Shown: positions 16,614 through 25,030, numbered from the stretch's first letter. The stretch: 32,321 nucleotides of DNA from Candidatus Parcubacteria bacterium (GCA_014379165.1 JACMMG010000006.1:1-32321); one strand, 5' to 3'. Notes: generated by a model from the sequence alone, not told the origin. Program-made: numbers and translations.

Positions 16614-17247
16614 GTTGAAGTTTTTTACCTTCTGTTACGGAACGGGGTTTATAGGAAATTGGAGCTTCCACTATTTTTTGCCCAAGTAGTGCTTGGCGGG
16701 CGACGAGTTCCGCTTCAATAGAAAAACGCTCAGATGAAAGAGGGAGCTCGTTGAACGATGTGCGACGCACGATGCGAAAACCACTCGTTACATCAGTAAG
16801 TGAAAGACTAAAAAGAATATTCATATACAGCGTAAGAAGCTTCCCTCCCCAAAAAAAGAAGGGCGAAGTCCCCTGTGCCCGAGAATGCGCAAGGAGGCGC
16901 GAACCGATAACACTGTCTGCACCCGTTTGCGTAGCCTTCTCTATAAGAGTAAAGAAGTCGCGCGGATCGTTCTCAAGATCAGCATCAAGAAATGCGACCC
17001 ATTCACCCGCTGCCAAAGAAACTCCCTGGCGCATAGCGTAGCCCTTGCCGCGATTTTCCGGCAATGTCTTAAGAATGCATCTATTTTCAAAAGCAGAAAG
17101 CGCACTTTTCGTATTGTCATTTGAACCGTCATTGACCACAATCACCTCTGTTTTGATCGGCCATGTGATCGAGAGCAAGTTCTCAAGAAGACGCGCAATA
17201 GTGGCCTCTTCGTTATAGACAGGAATAATTATTGAAACAGATTGCAT
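16549..17247 (-). CDS. GT2 polyprenyl-phosphate sugar synthase-like glycosyltransferase (DPM1/GtrB/ArnC type)
   Basis: Motifs present: IIIPVYNEE, VVNDGSNDNT, NRGKGYA, LDADLE, TSGFR. A C-terminal hydrophobic tail is also present. Confidence 0.9.
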   Translation of the reverse strand: MQSVSIIIPVYNEEATIARLLENLLSITWPIKTEVIVVNDGSNDNTKSALSAFENRCILKTLPENRGKGYAMRQGVSLAAGEWVAFLDADLENDPRDFFTLIEKATQTGADSVIGSRLLAHSRAQGTSPFFFWGGKLLTLYMNILFSLSLTDVTSGFRIVRRTSFNELPLSSERFSIEAELVARQALLGQKIVEAPISYKPRSVTEGKKLQLTDGVRAALFVLSIRLSHLLR

Positions 17248-17253
17248 ACAATA

Positions 17254-17994
17254 TTATTGTCGGAGTCTTCTACGGATTCTCACCATTGCTATGACCGCCA
17301 GTATCCCGTCGCGTAACACGCTTAATTTGCTTTTACGATCGGGAAAACGATATTCATCCCATTCGACCGGGAATTCTTTTATTGTAAGGCTTGCTCGGCT
17401 CGCACGCGCGAGAAATTCCATATCGAGAAACCATCCTGTTTCTTCGCAGTGTCGTAGGACTTCCCTTCCGCGTTCATTCATCAATTTCAGGCCGCATTGA
17501 CTGTCGCGCACCGGGGTATTAATTAGAAGCCGGCGCAATACATTAAAACATTCCGAAGAAAACGTGCGCAGGAATGAACGAGCAACTGTTTGTTTATCAA
17601 GAAGGCGCGACCCTATGGCAATATCGCTCTCTTTTTTAAAAACAGAATCAAGCAATTTCGGAATGCTTTCTGGATCGGCGGAAAGATCTGCATCGATAAA
17701 ACCAAAGAAATCGCTTTCCTCACCCTCTCGTGCGCCGTACAATATTGCCGCTCCTTTGCCGCGCATAGGAGCATACAGCACACTAACTTCCGGTATATTA
17801 AGCGCCGTTACTTTTTGCCCCGTTCCGTCAGTTGACGCGTTATCGATAACTGCAAGCCGGCATTGTATATGAGAGAAATGTCGGAGTACTCCCCAAACCC
17901 GCCCAACGGCAGCTTCGATGATATCAGCCTCGTTATGAGCTGGAATGATGAGAAGAAATTTCGGTTTTTCCACGGTATCTAGAGAGTAGCCCAC
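17254..17994 (-). CDS. GT2 polyprenyl-phosphate sugar synthase-like glycosyltransferase (second copy)
   Basis: Motifs present: LLIIPAHNEADIIE, VIDNASTDGT, MRGKGAA, IDADLS, SQCGLK. The track start at 17994 is a GTG, and another GTG lies at 17973. Either start overlaps the 3' end of the upstream gene. Confidence 0.88.
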   Translation of the reverse strand: MGYSLDTVEKPKFLLIIPAHNEADIIEAAVGRVWGVLRHFSHIQCRLAVIDNASTDGTGQKVTALNIPEVSVLYAPMRGKGAAILYGAREGEESDFFGFIDADLSADPESIPKLLDSVFKKESDIAIGSRLLDKQTVARSFLRTFSSECFNVLRRLLINTPVRDSQCGLKLMNERGREVLRHCEETGWFLDMEFLARASRASLTIKEFPVEWDEYRFPDRKSKLSVLRDGILAVIAMVRIRRRLRQ

Positions 17995-19318
17995 AGACGC
18001 CTATGCCTGCAAGCAAAAAGAGGAGCGGTTCCATAGGAACACGTAAACGAGCTTCGACCCCAAGCCCGATCGTTGTAGCAACCACTGCAGAAAGAGCAAT
18101 CGTAAGCGCGAGCATATACACCATGGGCTCGCGGCGTTTGTACCATACGCCAATAAGTGCGAGCACCACAATGAGCGCAGCGAAGCCTCTTCCAATAAGA
18201 GGAATAAAATATTGCGCTTTAAGAGCATTAAAGAGGACTTTGAAGCGACCTTCGCCTTGCGAAAGCACGGCGAAGGTCGTAGAGGAAGAAGCGGGCTCTC
18301 CCGCCTCTCCTATGAATCCGAAGCTACGGGCATATTGATAATACCCGTCATGCGTAAAATACGAGAACAGAAACACCGGCTCGAACTTCAAAACAAGCTG
18401 CCACTTCTGCGCAAGTTCTGCGAGCGCGGCACTTTTAAGCGCGGGTGCGGACGTAGGATTTAACGTTTCTCCGCGCACGACTCCGGGGGGAGGATTATTT
18501 TCACGTTCAGTCTTTTCTTGGATAAAAGATGTTTTATTCGTGAGAGCGTCAAGACTGGAAAGGTAATCAAAATATAAGTTATACCAGCCCATGCCCGAAA
18601 CAGCATACGTACCCGTAACATAATAGTTGCGCACCGACCATGGGACTGTCGTAGACAAAAGGACTACGCCTACAACAACTGCATAGAGACAATATTTTAA
18701 GCGTCGGCGTATTGCAAACCATATACCGACTGCCGTCAGCACAGCAAGAGCAATCGGTAAAAAGGGAGGCCGTACTAATACTGCTGCTCCTAAGAGGAGC
18801 CCTACCCCACCGACCCCAAGCCAGGGGTTTTTGCCCCATGAATGTATTGCAAGCGCGAGGGCCCCAAGAAGCAACAGCGTTGCCGGCATTTCCGACATTG
18901 CAGTCCAGCTGAACCACACAAGGTGTGGTTCAAGAGTTACGAGAGTAGCTGCAATAATAGCTGCCTGCTCATTGCCTATGCGTTTGCCAATACAATAGAC
19001 GAGAACCGGCAAAAGTACCCCCGCAACAATCGAGAGAAATATTCCCCACCAAATATATCCATAGGGAAAGAACAGAAACGGGGCAAGCAGGAGCGACTCT
19101 CCGGGTGCTCTAAACACTTCCGGAATGAGCTTTCCATTTTCCTCGATCATAAAACCATTCCCTGCGGCAAGGTTGCGCGCGACTTCTGCATATGTCTGCC
19201 CATCGCCAGAGATAATTGCACCTTCCCCTGCATGCGATGCCACCCATGCGAATGAGCCCAGACGCAGAAGTACGCCTATGGCAACAAGTATCCAAATACT
19301 GCGCGGAATTCTTTTCAT
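17933..19318 (-). CDS. GT-C fold membrane glycosyltransferase (GT39/ArnT/PMT_2-like), second copy
   Basis: 461 aa, polytopic, with the first loop SGDGQTYAEVARNLAAGNGF typical of this family. The ATG at 19318 forms an ATGA overlap with the upstream methyltransferase stop. Confidence 0.85.
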   Translation of the reverse strand: MKRIPRSIWILVAIGVLLRLGSFAWVASHAGEGAIISGDGQTYAEVARNLAAGNGFMIEENGKLIPEVFRAPGESLLLAPFLFFPYGYIWWGIFLSIVAGVLLPVLVYCIGKRIGNEQAAIIAATLVTLEPHLVWFSWTAMSEMPATLLLLGALALAIHSWGKNPWLGVGGVGLLLGAAVLVRPPFLPIALAVLTAVGIWFAIRRRLKYCLYAVVVGVVLLSTTVPWSVRNYYVTGTYAVSGMGWYNLYFDYLSSLDALTNKTSFIQEKTERENNPPPGVVRGETLNPTSAPALKSAALAELAQKWQLVLKFEPVFLFSYFTHDGYYQYARSFGFIGEAGEPASSSTTFAVLSQGEGRFKVLFNALKAQYFIPLIGRGFAALIVVLALIGVWYKRREPMVYMLALTIALSAVVATTIGLGVEARLRVPMEPLLFLLAGIGVCGLLSRYRGKTEISSHHSSS

Positions 19319-20019
19319 GAGGATTTCCTCGCAACGACAACAAAGCTAACGCCAAATGGCAAAGGAATAAACTGCATAAGCGCAGCCTCGATTGAAATAA
19401 GAACTTCGCAGATGTTCGTAATAATGCCCGGTGCTCCTAATGCTCCTTCGCCGGAACGGTTAAGAAGCCGCATGAGCACAGCCAATGGAAATAAAAAGAA
19501 ATTCCAATAACTAATAAACTCAACAGTATACCCGGCATCTTCTAAAAGTTTTTTCAATCCACTTTTTCTATAACGGCGGAAGTGATGGTGCGATATATCA
19601 TGCACACTCCATAAGAATGGAAATGCTGGTGTCGTAATGACTACCGCTCCCTTAGAGGAAAGAGAATCCCGCAAACGCACCATAAGCTCTGCGTCATTTT
19701 CAACATGTTCAATAACGTCAAAAAGCGCTATTGCATCATATTGGCGAGTAAGCGCCTCTTGTACATTTGTATATACATGCGTATACCCCCGTGTTGCTGC
19801 TTCCTTTGCAGGAAGAAGTTCGGGCTCAAATGCATATACTTCACCTCCCATTAATTGAAGGGTGGGCAGCATGCCGCCAAAACCCGCACCAAAATCGAGC
19901 ACGATTCGCGCATCACGCAAATGAACGCGACCGGCGGCAGCACGGGCAACACGAGCCCGTCCACGATACCACCATGAATTTTCAGCCTCATGCAAAAGTA
20001 AAAATGCTTTATCCTCCAT
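19315..20019 (-). CDS. Class I SAM-dependent methyltransferase
   Basis: Motif I is VLDFGAGFGGM, with FDVIEHVEND downstream. I prefer the ATG at 20019 (MEDKAFLLL), 1 nt after the ABC gene's TAA (20021-20023), over the track's GTG at 20052. Confidence 0.85.
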   Translation of the reverse strand: MEDKAFLLLHEAENSWWYRGRARVARAAAGRVHLRDARIVLDFGAGFGGMLPTLQLMGGEVYAFEPELLPAKEAATRGYTHVYTNVQEALTRQYDAIALFDVIEHVENDAELMVRLRDSLSSKGAVVITTPAFPFLWSVHDISHHHFRRYRKSGLKKLLEDAGYTVEFISYWNFFLFPLAVLMRLLNRSGEGALGAPGIITNICEVLISIEAALMQFIPLPFGVSFVVVARKSS

Positions 20020-20020
20020 A

Positions 20021-21814
20021 TTATGAAAAGCTGCTTGTCGATGTTTTTCCACTACCCCGAGAAAGATAGGAATCAGGGTTCTGCATCAATTCCTTTGGAG
20101 AGCCATTTTCAACCACGCATCCTTGCGAAAGGACCATGACTTTGTCGGCATTTTCGATGGTCGTAAGACGATGTGCTATCACGACAACCGTCAATTTTCC
20201 TCGCAGTGCATCAAGAGACTTTTGTATCAGCTGTTCAGACTCGCTATCAAGCGCGCTTGTCGCCTCATCCAGAATAAGGAGTGATGGCGAGGATACAAGC
20301 GAGCGGGCGAGTGCAATGCGCTGGCGCTGGCCCCCAGACAGAAGTGCCCCTCTGTCTCCTACAATTGTTTGATACCCTTCTGGCAATCCGATTATAAAGT
20401 CGTGGATATTTGCCTGCTTTGCCGCCTGCTCTACCTTTTCATGGGTTAGCTCGGGTTGATACAGCCTGATATTCTCCTCGATCGAATCGTTAAAAAGAAA
20501 AAAATCTTGCGGCACATAACTTATTTTTTTTCTCCATTGTGCTATATCCACTTCTCCGAGCGGCACACCGTCGACAGTAATATCCCCTTGCGTCGGCTGA
20601 AGAAGGGCTAAGAGCATATCGGCGATTGTAGTCTTACCTGAACCAGACGGCCCTACAAGCCCTACCACTTCGCCACGGTGTATTTCAATAGTGATATCGG
20701 AAAGTACATTTGTGCCCGGCATATATGAAAAAGACACATTCTTGAAGGTTATTGAGTCTTGGAATGTTGCTTCTTTAGTTCCGTTATGCGGCTCAGTATG
20801 CAATGCAAGCTCTCGCTTCACCGCGAGTGAATTTTCGGCATAGGGCAATAGCTCATTGATGGTCTGGAAAGACACCTGCGTAGCCTCCAAGTACATGAAT
20901 ATCTTTTGCATAAGATACAATGACGCCGCAAACGTTGGGAGACTAAATCCCGGAGTATTGTACGTGAATGCAAACATAATAACGATGAACATGAGACCGA
21001 ATGGCTGTATAAAACTTGTATTCACTGCACGCGCTAACGCGAGCTTCACTGCGAGCCCTTGCAAATACTTAAGAAGCTGCTCAGCTGCAAGGAGCGCAGG
21101 GCGCTCCTTGCCGGAGGCTTTAATGCTTTTAAGTCCTGCTATATGTTCGCCCGCATACTGTAAAAAACGTTTCTCTGTTGTCGCATAGTCATTGCTTAAT
21201 CTGCGCACCCGCAAGATAAGCGGCCGAAACGCGAATAAGAATATCGCTCCGGCTACAAGTGTCGCGCTGGTAATGAAGGGAGAGATACTAAAAGCAACTG
21301 CAAAATATATAACGGCACCCGTTGTTGATTGTATGATCTGCGTTACGCTGTCGAGCAGGTCTCGTGTGCGCTGAATGTTGCGTGTGAGCGCGCTTTGTAA
21401 ATGTCCCGCCTGCTGCTTTACCAAATATGGCCACGAGGCCCGAAGTACCCTTTCAAACACCGTCCGACTTTCGCTATACAAAAACCGCGACGTAATACCT
21501 CCTCTGATATATCTGGCATACACCAATGCTGCCGCACGAACGACGAAGAGAAGAACAATAAAAATTAGAAGATACCTAAACTGAAACGGTATGGATAGAA
21601 GATTGAAAAGATAGGCAATAGAGCGCGAAGCAATATCCTGTGATTGCTCTGCCCCATTGATGAGGAAAGATAGAAGCGGGATGACAGCTCCTATGCCAAT
21701 ACCTTCAAGTGCTGCGCCAAGAATACCAAGCCCCGTAAGCACGGCGAGATGTTTGTAGTAACCTCGGAACGCCTCAAGAAGGAGCGCAAACGTGCTTTGT
21801 TTAAATACATTCAT
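20021..21814 (-). CDS. ABC exporter, fused permease-ATPase (MsbA/PglK type)
   Basis: 597 aa with a six-TM N-terminal half. Walker A is GPSGSGKTT, the signature is LSGGQRQRIALARSL, and Walker B is LLILDEATSALD. Confidence 0.93.
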   Translation of the reverse strand: MNVFKQSTFALLLEAFRGYYKHLAVLTGLGILGAALEGIGIGAVIPLLSFLINGAEQSQDIASRSIAYLFNLLSIPFQFRYLLIFIVLLFVVRAAALVYARYIRGGITSRFLYSESRTVFERVLRASWPYLVKQQAGHLQSALTRNIQRTRDLLDSVTQIIQSTTGAVIYFAVAFSISPFITSATLVAGAIFLFAFRPLILRVRRLSNDYATTEKRFLQYAGEHIAGLKSIKASGKERPALLAAEQLLKYLQGLAVKLALARAVNTSFIQPFGLMFIVIMFAFTYNTPGFSLPTFAASLYLMQKIFMYLEATQVSFQTINELLPYAENSLAVKRELALHTEPHNGTKEATFQDSITFKNVSFSYMPGTNVLSDITIEIHRGEVVGLVGPSGSGKTTIADMLLALLQPTQGDITVDGVPLGEVDIAQWRKKISYVPQDFFLFNDSIEENIRLYQPELTHEKVEQAAKQANIHDFIIGLPEGYQTIVGDRGALLSGGQRQRIALARSLVSSPSLLILDEATSALDSESEQLIQKSLDALRGKLTVVVIAHRLTTIENADKVMVLSQGCVVENGSPKELMQNPDSYLSRGSGKTSTSSFS

Positions 21815-21917
21815 TGCAAGCAGTATAAAAAATGCCGTGATTCCTCACTGTTATACCATATAACCACAGAGCCCCAGAGGAAGTGTCTCATACACGAAAA
21901 GAGGGTATCATTGCTTC

Positions 21918-22580
21918 ATGAAATCGCCCCAAATCGATAAAAAATACGGTCTTCTGCACCTACTCTCTCATGTCTATAAAGGTCAAACCCCGGGACGTAT
22001 TTTAATGAATATTGAGCTCTCAAAGTATACGCTGCGGGGCAAGGTGGCAGACATTGGCGGAGGTCATCGACCGGACTATTTTACGTACTTCAAACAAGAC
22101 CCGGGAGCTGAAGTACTATCGCTAGACGGGTTACTGCAAAAAATAGATTTTGAAAAAGATAGACTGCCATTTGAGGATGGGAGCATTGACACGGTTATTT
22201 TATGCAATGTGCTTGAACATATGTACGACTACAAACATCTTCTTTCCGAAATAAAACGTATCATGGCGCCTCAGGCGCAACTTATAGGATGGGTTCCGTT
22301 TTGGTGCAACTATCACCCTGACCCACACGATTATTTTCGCTATACGCACGAAGCGCTTGAAAAGATTTTCCACGATACCGGTTTCGAACATACTACAATA
22401 AAAAGGGTGGGTCGGAGTCCTATCTACGCGAATTTAGAAAACATCATTCTGTCAGTGCCACGAATTTTCCGCCCGCTTCTGTATGTGTGGTACGCCGGTT
22501 TCGACAAAGTATTTCTTGCGTTGCGCCCTAAAAGTGCCAAGCGTTGCCCGCTTGGATTTTTATTTGTTGGCAGTAAATAA
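21918..22580 (+). CDS. Class I SAM-dependent methyltransferase
   Basis: Motif I is VADIGGGH, followed by VILCNVLEHM. 220 aa, starting at ATG 21918. Confidence 0.8.
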   Translation: MKSPQIDKKYGLLHLLSHVYKGQTPGRILMNIELSKYTLRGKVADIGGGHRPDYFTYFKQDPGAEVLSLDGLLQKIDFEKDRLPFEDGSIDTVILCNVLEHMYDYKHLLSEIKRIMAPQAQLIGWVPFWCNYHPDPHDYFRYTHEALEKIFHDTGFEHTTIKRVGRSPIYANLENIILSVPRIFRPLLYVWYAGFDKVFLALRPKSAKRCPLGFLFVGSK

Positions 22581-23195
22581 ATTGTTGAGTCCGTACACAA
22601 AGCGAGTACGACGAATATTTTTAAAGCCAGCTTCCGCAAGGAGACTCCGTATTTCGTTTGGCGACATTCCAAGAAGTTCATCATCATGGTCGATGTGTCG
22701 CTCGTGCTCATCGGGGTCGTGCGGCCGACGCAGCCAGTGCGTAAACTGCCCTATTCGCGGCGTTATCATCGTTACAAGTACTTGTCCCTCCGGGCGTAAA
22801 ACACGAAAAGCTTCTGTAAGCGCTTCCTCCCGATTAGGAATATGATTGAGGCACGCAAGAAAGCTCACAGTATCGTATGACCCGTCTTCAAACGGTAATT
22901 TTCCTGCATCTTCTATAACTACGTCAGAGCCTTCCCATGCAACAACATCCGCTCCAGTACCGTTACCATAACTTCGCACAAGATTGTTAGCCCCACATCC
23001 AATATCAAGTAGCCTCCCGCGAGCGTGCTTAAGCGCCTGTATTACCCGCTCATCATCAATAGGAGTCAGTCCAAGCCGCAGGCTTTGTTCACGCGAAAGA
23101 AGTACAAGAAGCGGGAATGCAAGACGGCTCAGGAGCGTTTTAAAGATGCCAGGAATTTTTACCGTATCGGGTTTGAAATACAGCGTTTGCGCCAT
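22560..23195 (-). CDS. Class I SAM-dependent methyltransferase
   Basis: Motif I is LLDIGCGANNL, followed by DTVSFLACLNHIPN. Starts at ATG 23195. Confidence 0.85.
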   Translation of the reverse strand: MAQTLYFKPDTVKIPGIFKTLLSRLAFPLLVLLSREQSLRLGLTPIDDERVIQALKHARGRLLDIGCGANNLVRSYGNGTGADVVAWEGSDVVIEDAGKLPFEDGSYDTVSFLACLNHIPNREEALTEAFRVLRPEGQVLVTMITPRIGQFTHWLRRPHDPDEHERHIDHDDELLGMSPNEIRSLLAEAGFKNIRRTRFVYGLNNLFTANK

Positions 23196-23201
23196 GGGGA
23201 G

Positions 23202-23230
23202 AATATAGCATGCAAAAAGAAATTGGCTAC
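23202..23230 (-). promoter_or_regulatory. Possible extended -10 promoter for the 22560..23195 methyltransferase (near-leaderless)
   Basis: The minus strand reads TAGCCA-(16 nt)-TGcTATATT-ctcccc-ATG. The -10 TATATT is plus-strand 23202-23207, preceded by TGn. Only 6 nt separate the -10 from the ATG. Confidence 0.3.
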
Positions 23231-23291
23231 GGAATAAAAAACGCCCGGTATCTGTGCACCTATCCCGTGACCACTATGTGCCACTAGCCGA

Positions 23292-23311
23292 TACTATGAT
23301 ATATCATAGTA
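23292..23311. promoter_or_regulatory. Perfect 20-bp palindrome TACTATGATATATCATAGTA (candidate operator)
   Basis: I verified by hand that it is its own reverse complement. It lies 12 nt upstream of the ATG of the YerC-like gene, in the divergent spacer shared with the 23195 methyltransferase. Confidence 0.5.
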
Positions 23312-23323
23312 AACTAATACTAT

Positions 23324-23755
23324 ATGAAAAAGAAACTAAAAGACCTTTCTGACAAGCAACGCTTGGAAACACTCGACGCGCTATATACGGCTGCAGCCTC
23401 AATACGAGGACGCGCCTCGATGAAGCTATTCTTGCGCGATCTACTCACTCCGAGCGAACGGATAATGCTTGGGCGGCGGATACTCATTGCGCGCGAGCTT
23501 ATGACAGGAAAAACGTACGACGATATTGCTGTGCGCATGCAGGTCGGCCACGATACTGTCCGCCGCGTACATCGCTGGCTCGAGGATCAACTTCCTGGTT
23601 ACGAGCAGGCAATCAAAGAGATGGAAGAGGAATTCAAGCGGCGTAGGAACGTATACGAAGACAAAAAATTATACGCGACAAGCATGCTCTATCGGCTTAA
23701 GAAGAAGTATCCTGGACACTTTGCTCTTTTCCCTACTCCAAAACTCAAAAAGTGA
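23324..23755 (+). CDS. TrpR-like YerC/YecD-family DNA-binding protein
   Basis: 143 aa. LLTPSERIMLGRRILIARELMTGKTYDDIAVRMQVGHDTVRRVHRWL matches the Trp-repressor-like fold pattern (LLTP-E ... R--I---L--G-SY--I ----G-S--T--R). Confidence 0.8.
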   Translation: MKKKLKDLSDKQRLETLDALYTAAASIRGRASMKLFLRDLLTPSERIMLGRRILIARELMTGKTYDDIAVRMQVGHDTVRRVHRWLEDQLPGYEQAIKEMEEEFKRRRNVYEDKKLYATSMLYRLKKKYPGHFALFPTPKLKK

Positions 23756-23760
23756 TTCGT

Positions 23761-23784
23761 TCATACTATGATATATCATAGTAT
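23761..23784. promoter_or_regulatory. Perfect 24-bp palindrome CATACTATGATATATCATAGTATG (second copy of the same core)
   Basis: I verified that it is its own reverse complement. It contains the full 18-bp core ACTATGATATATCATAGT of the first site and begins 5 nt after the YerC-like stop codon. Confidence 0.5.
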
Positions 23785-23808
23785 GGAAAAGCACTCAAAA
23801 TAATTTGA

Positions 23809-23839
23809 TACAAAAAACACCCGGCGGTTTTGCCGCCGG
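23809..23839 (-). terminator. Rho-independent terminator of the 23873..24943 gene
   Basis: An 8-bp GC stem, cccggcgg (23819-23826) pairing with ccgccggg (23832-23839). On the minus strand it is followed by TGTTTTTTGTAT. It lies about 30 nt past the stop at 23873. Confidence 0.8.
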
Positions 23840-23872
23840 GCATGCATTTGGAACAGGGCTGGTTAATCTGGG

Positions 23873-24943
23873 CTACGCTGCCTGCTTCTCACGCTGATCG
23901 AGAAACTTCAACACGCTGTCGGCCGCCTTTTTCGGATCGTAGACCTTGAGGTCCTTGACCTCTGACCAAGTGGTCTCGAAGAGAGAGTCGAGCGACTGCG
24001 GCTCCGTGATGACCGGAAAGCCTCCCCGCATCATGAGCGGCGTTTCTTGAAGACCGGTCTCTTCCTTCAGAAACGCCTGCGTCGCCGGCGTCCACAATGT
24101 AATCGGAACCTTCCCCGCCACTGCCGCTCGCATAAGGAGGGTTGAATAGCCGGAGGCCACCCCGTCCGCCGCCATGACAAGCTCATCTGTTGTATGCCCC
24201 GAAAAGTCCCGCACTCTGTCCGCTAGCCGCAACGGACGAAGAATCGACTCCCAGTACTCGCCCAAGGTCTGTTCCGAGCTTCCCATCCGCATACCAGCGA
24301 ACTTCGGATGGAACCGCGTAATGAGGATGACCTGGATGGACGAACGTCTAATCGATTCGATGAGGAGTTGGAGGCCGGCTGCTGCATGGGGCCCGCCGTC
24401 CGGGAAGACGATGATTTTTGCGCCAGTCTCCCGGAGTTCATCCATCTTCATGATGAGCTCCGTGCTTGGAGTGATCGGCGCCATGCCCGCAAAGCCGGCG
24501 ATGCAAATCTTCACAAACGGGTCTCGGCACCACGCCATCTCGGCCGCATACTTGTCGATCGTGATGAAGAGGTGCGGCTTAATGTGTGAGCGAACTTCGC
24601 ATCCCCAGTAATCCCCGGCCTGGATGATCGGAACGCCGGATTCAACCGCCGTCTGTTCAGCATCGACTTCCCCCTGACCCCGTGGAGAGGAAAGACCCGT
24701 AATAACGGCGTCGACATTGTGCTGCCGAATACGGATCATCGATTCACTCCGATTGGCCGCCCCAAAGTGATGGAAGCCAATCTTCAGTGAAGTGAGCTTG
24801 GCACCTGCCTGCCCATCGGGGTCGGCGTAGAGACCGACTGCATGCTCGCCTTTGTGAGCACGAAGTGCTTGGACGAGTGGGCCGACCATGCTCGCCGCAC
24901 CATTATCGCGAACAAACGCCAAAAGCGTCCTCTGTGGTTTCAA
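23873..24943 (-). CDS. GT-B fold protein (MurG/PseG/2-epimerase-like), specific function unknown
   Basis: 356 aa. The start is TTG at 24943, with a strong SD (GAGGGAGGataca-TTG). The C-terminal pattern DELVMAADGVASGYSTLLMRAAVAGKVPITLW resembles the donor-binding helix region of GT-B enzymes. The N-terminus LLAFVRDNGAASMVGPLVQAL is Rossmann-like. Confidence 0.6.
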   Translation of the reverse strand: MKPQRTLLAFVRDNGAASMVGPLVQALRAHKGEHAVGLYADPDGQAGAKLTSLKIGFHHFGAANRSESMIRIRQHNVDAVITGLSSPRGQGEVDAEQTAVESGVPIIQAGDYWGCEVRSHIKPHLFITIDKYAAEMAWCRDPFVKICIAGFAGMAPITPSTELIMKMDELRETGAKIIVFPDGGPHAAAGLQLLIESIRRSSIQVILITRFHPKFAGMRMGSSEQTLGEYWESILRPLRLADRVRDFSGHTTDELVMAADGVASGYSTLLMRAAVAGKVPITLWTPATQAFLKEETGLQETPLMMRGGFPVITEPQSLDSLFETTWSEVKDLKVYDPKKAADSVLKFLDQREKQAA

Positions 24944-24987
24944 TGTATCCTCCCTCAGATTTAACCGACCAGGATTAGTCTAAAAAA

Positions 24988-25016
24988 ATATTACTACGAA
25001 AATTTCTTTTAGTCAA
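24988..25016 (-). promoter_or_regulatory. Sigma70-like promoter for the 23873..24943 gene
   Basis: The minus strand reads TTGACT (plus 25011-25016), then a 17-nt spacer AAAAGAAATTTTCGTAG, then TAATAT (plus 24988-24993). The -10 lies about 45 nt upstream of the TTG start. Confidence 0.55.
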
Positions 25017-25030
25017 TTAAATTCATCCGG

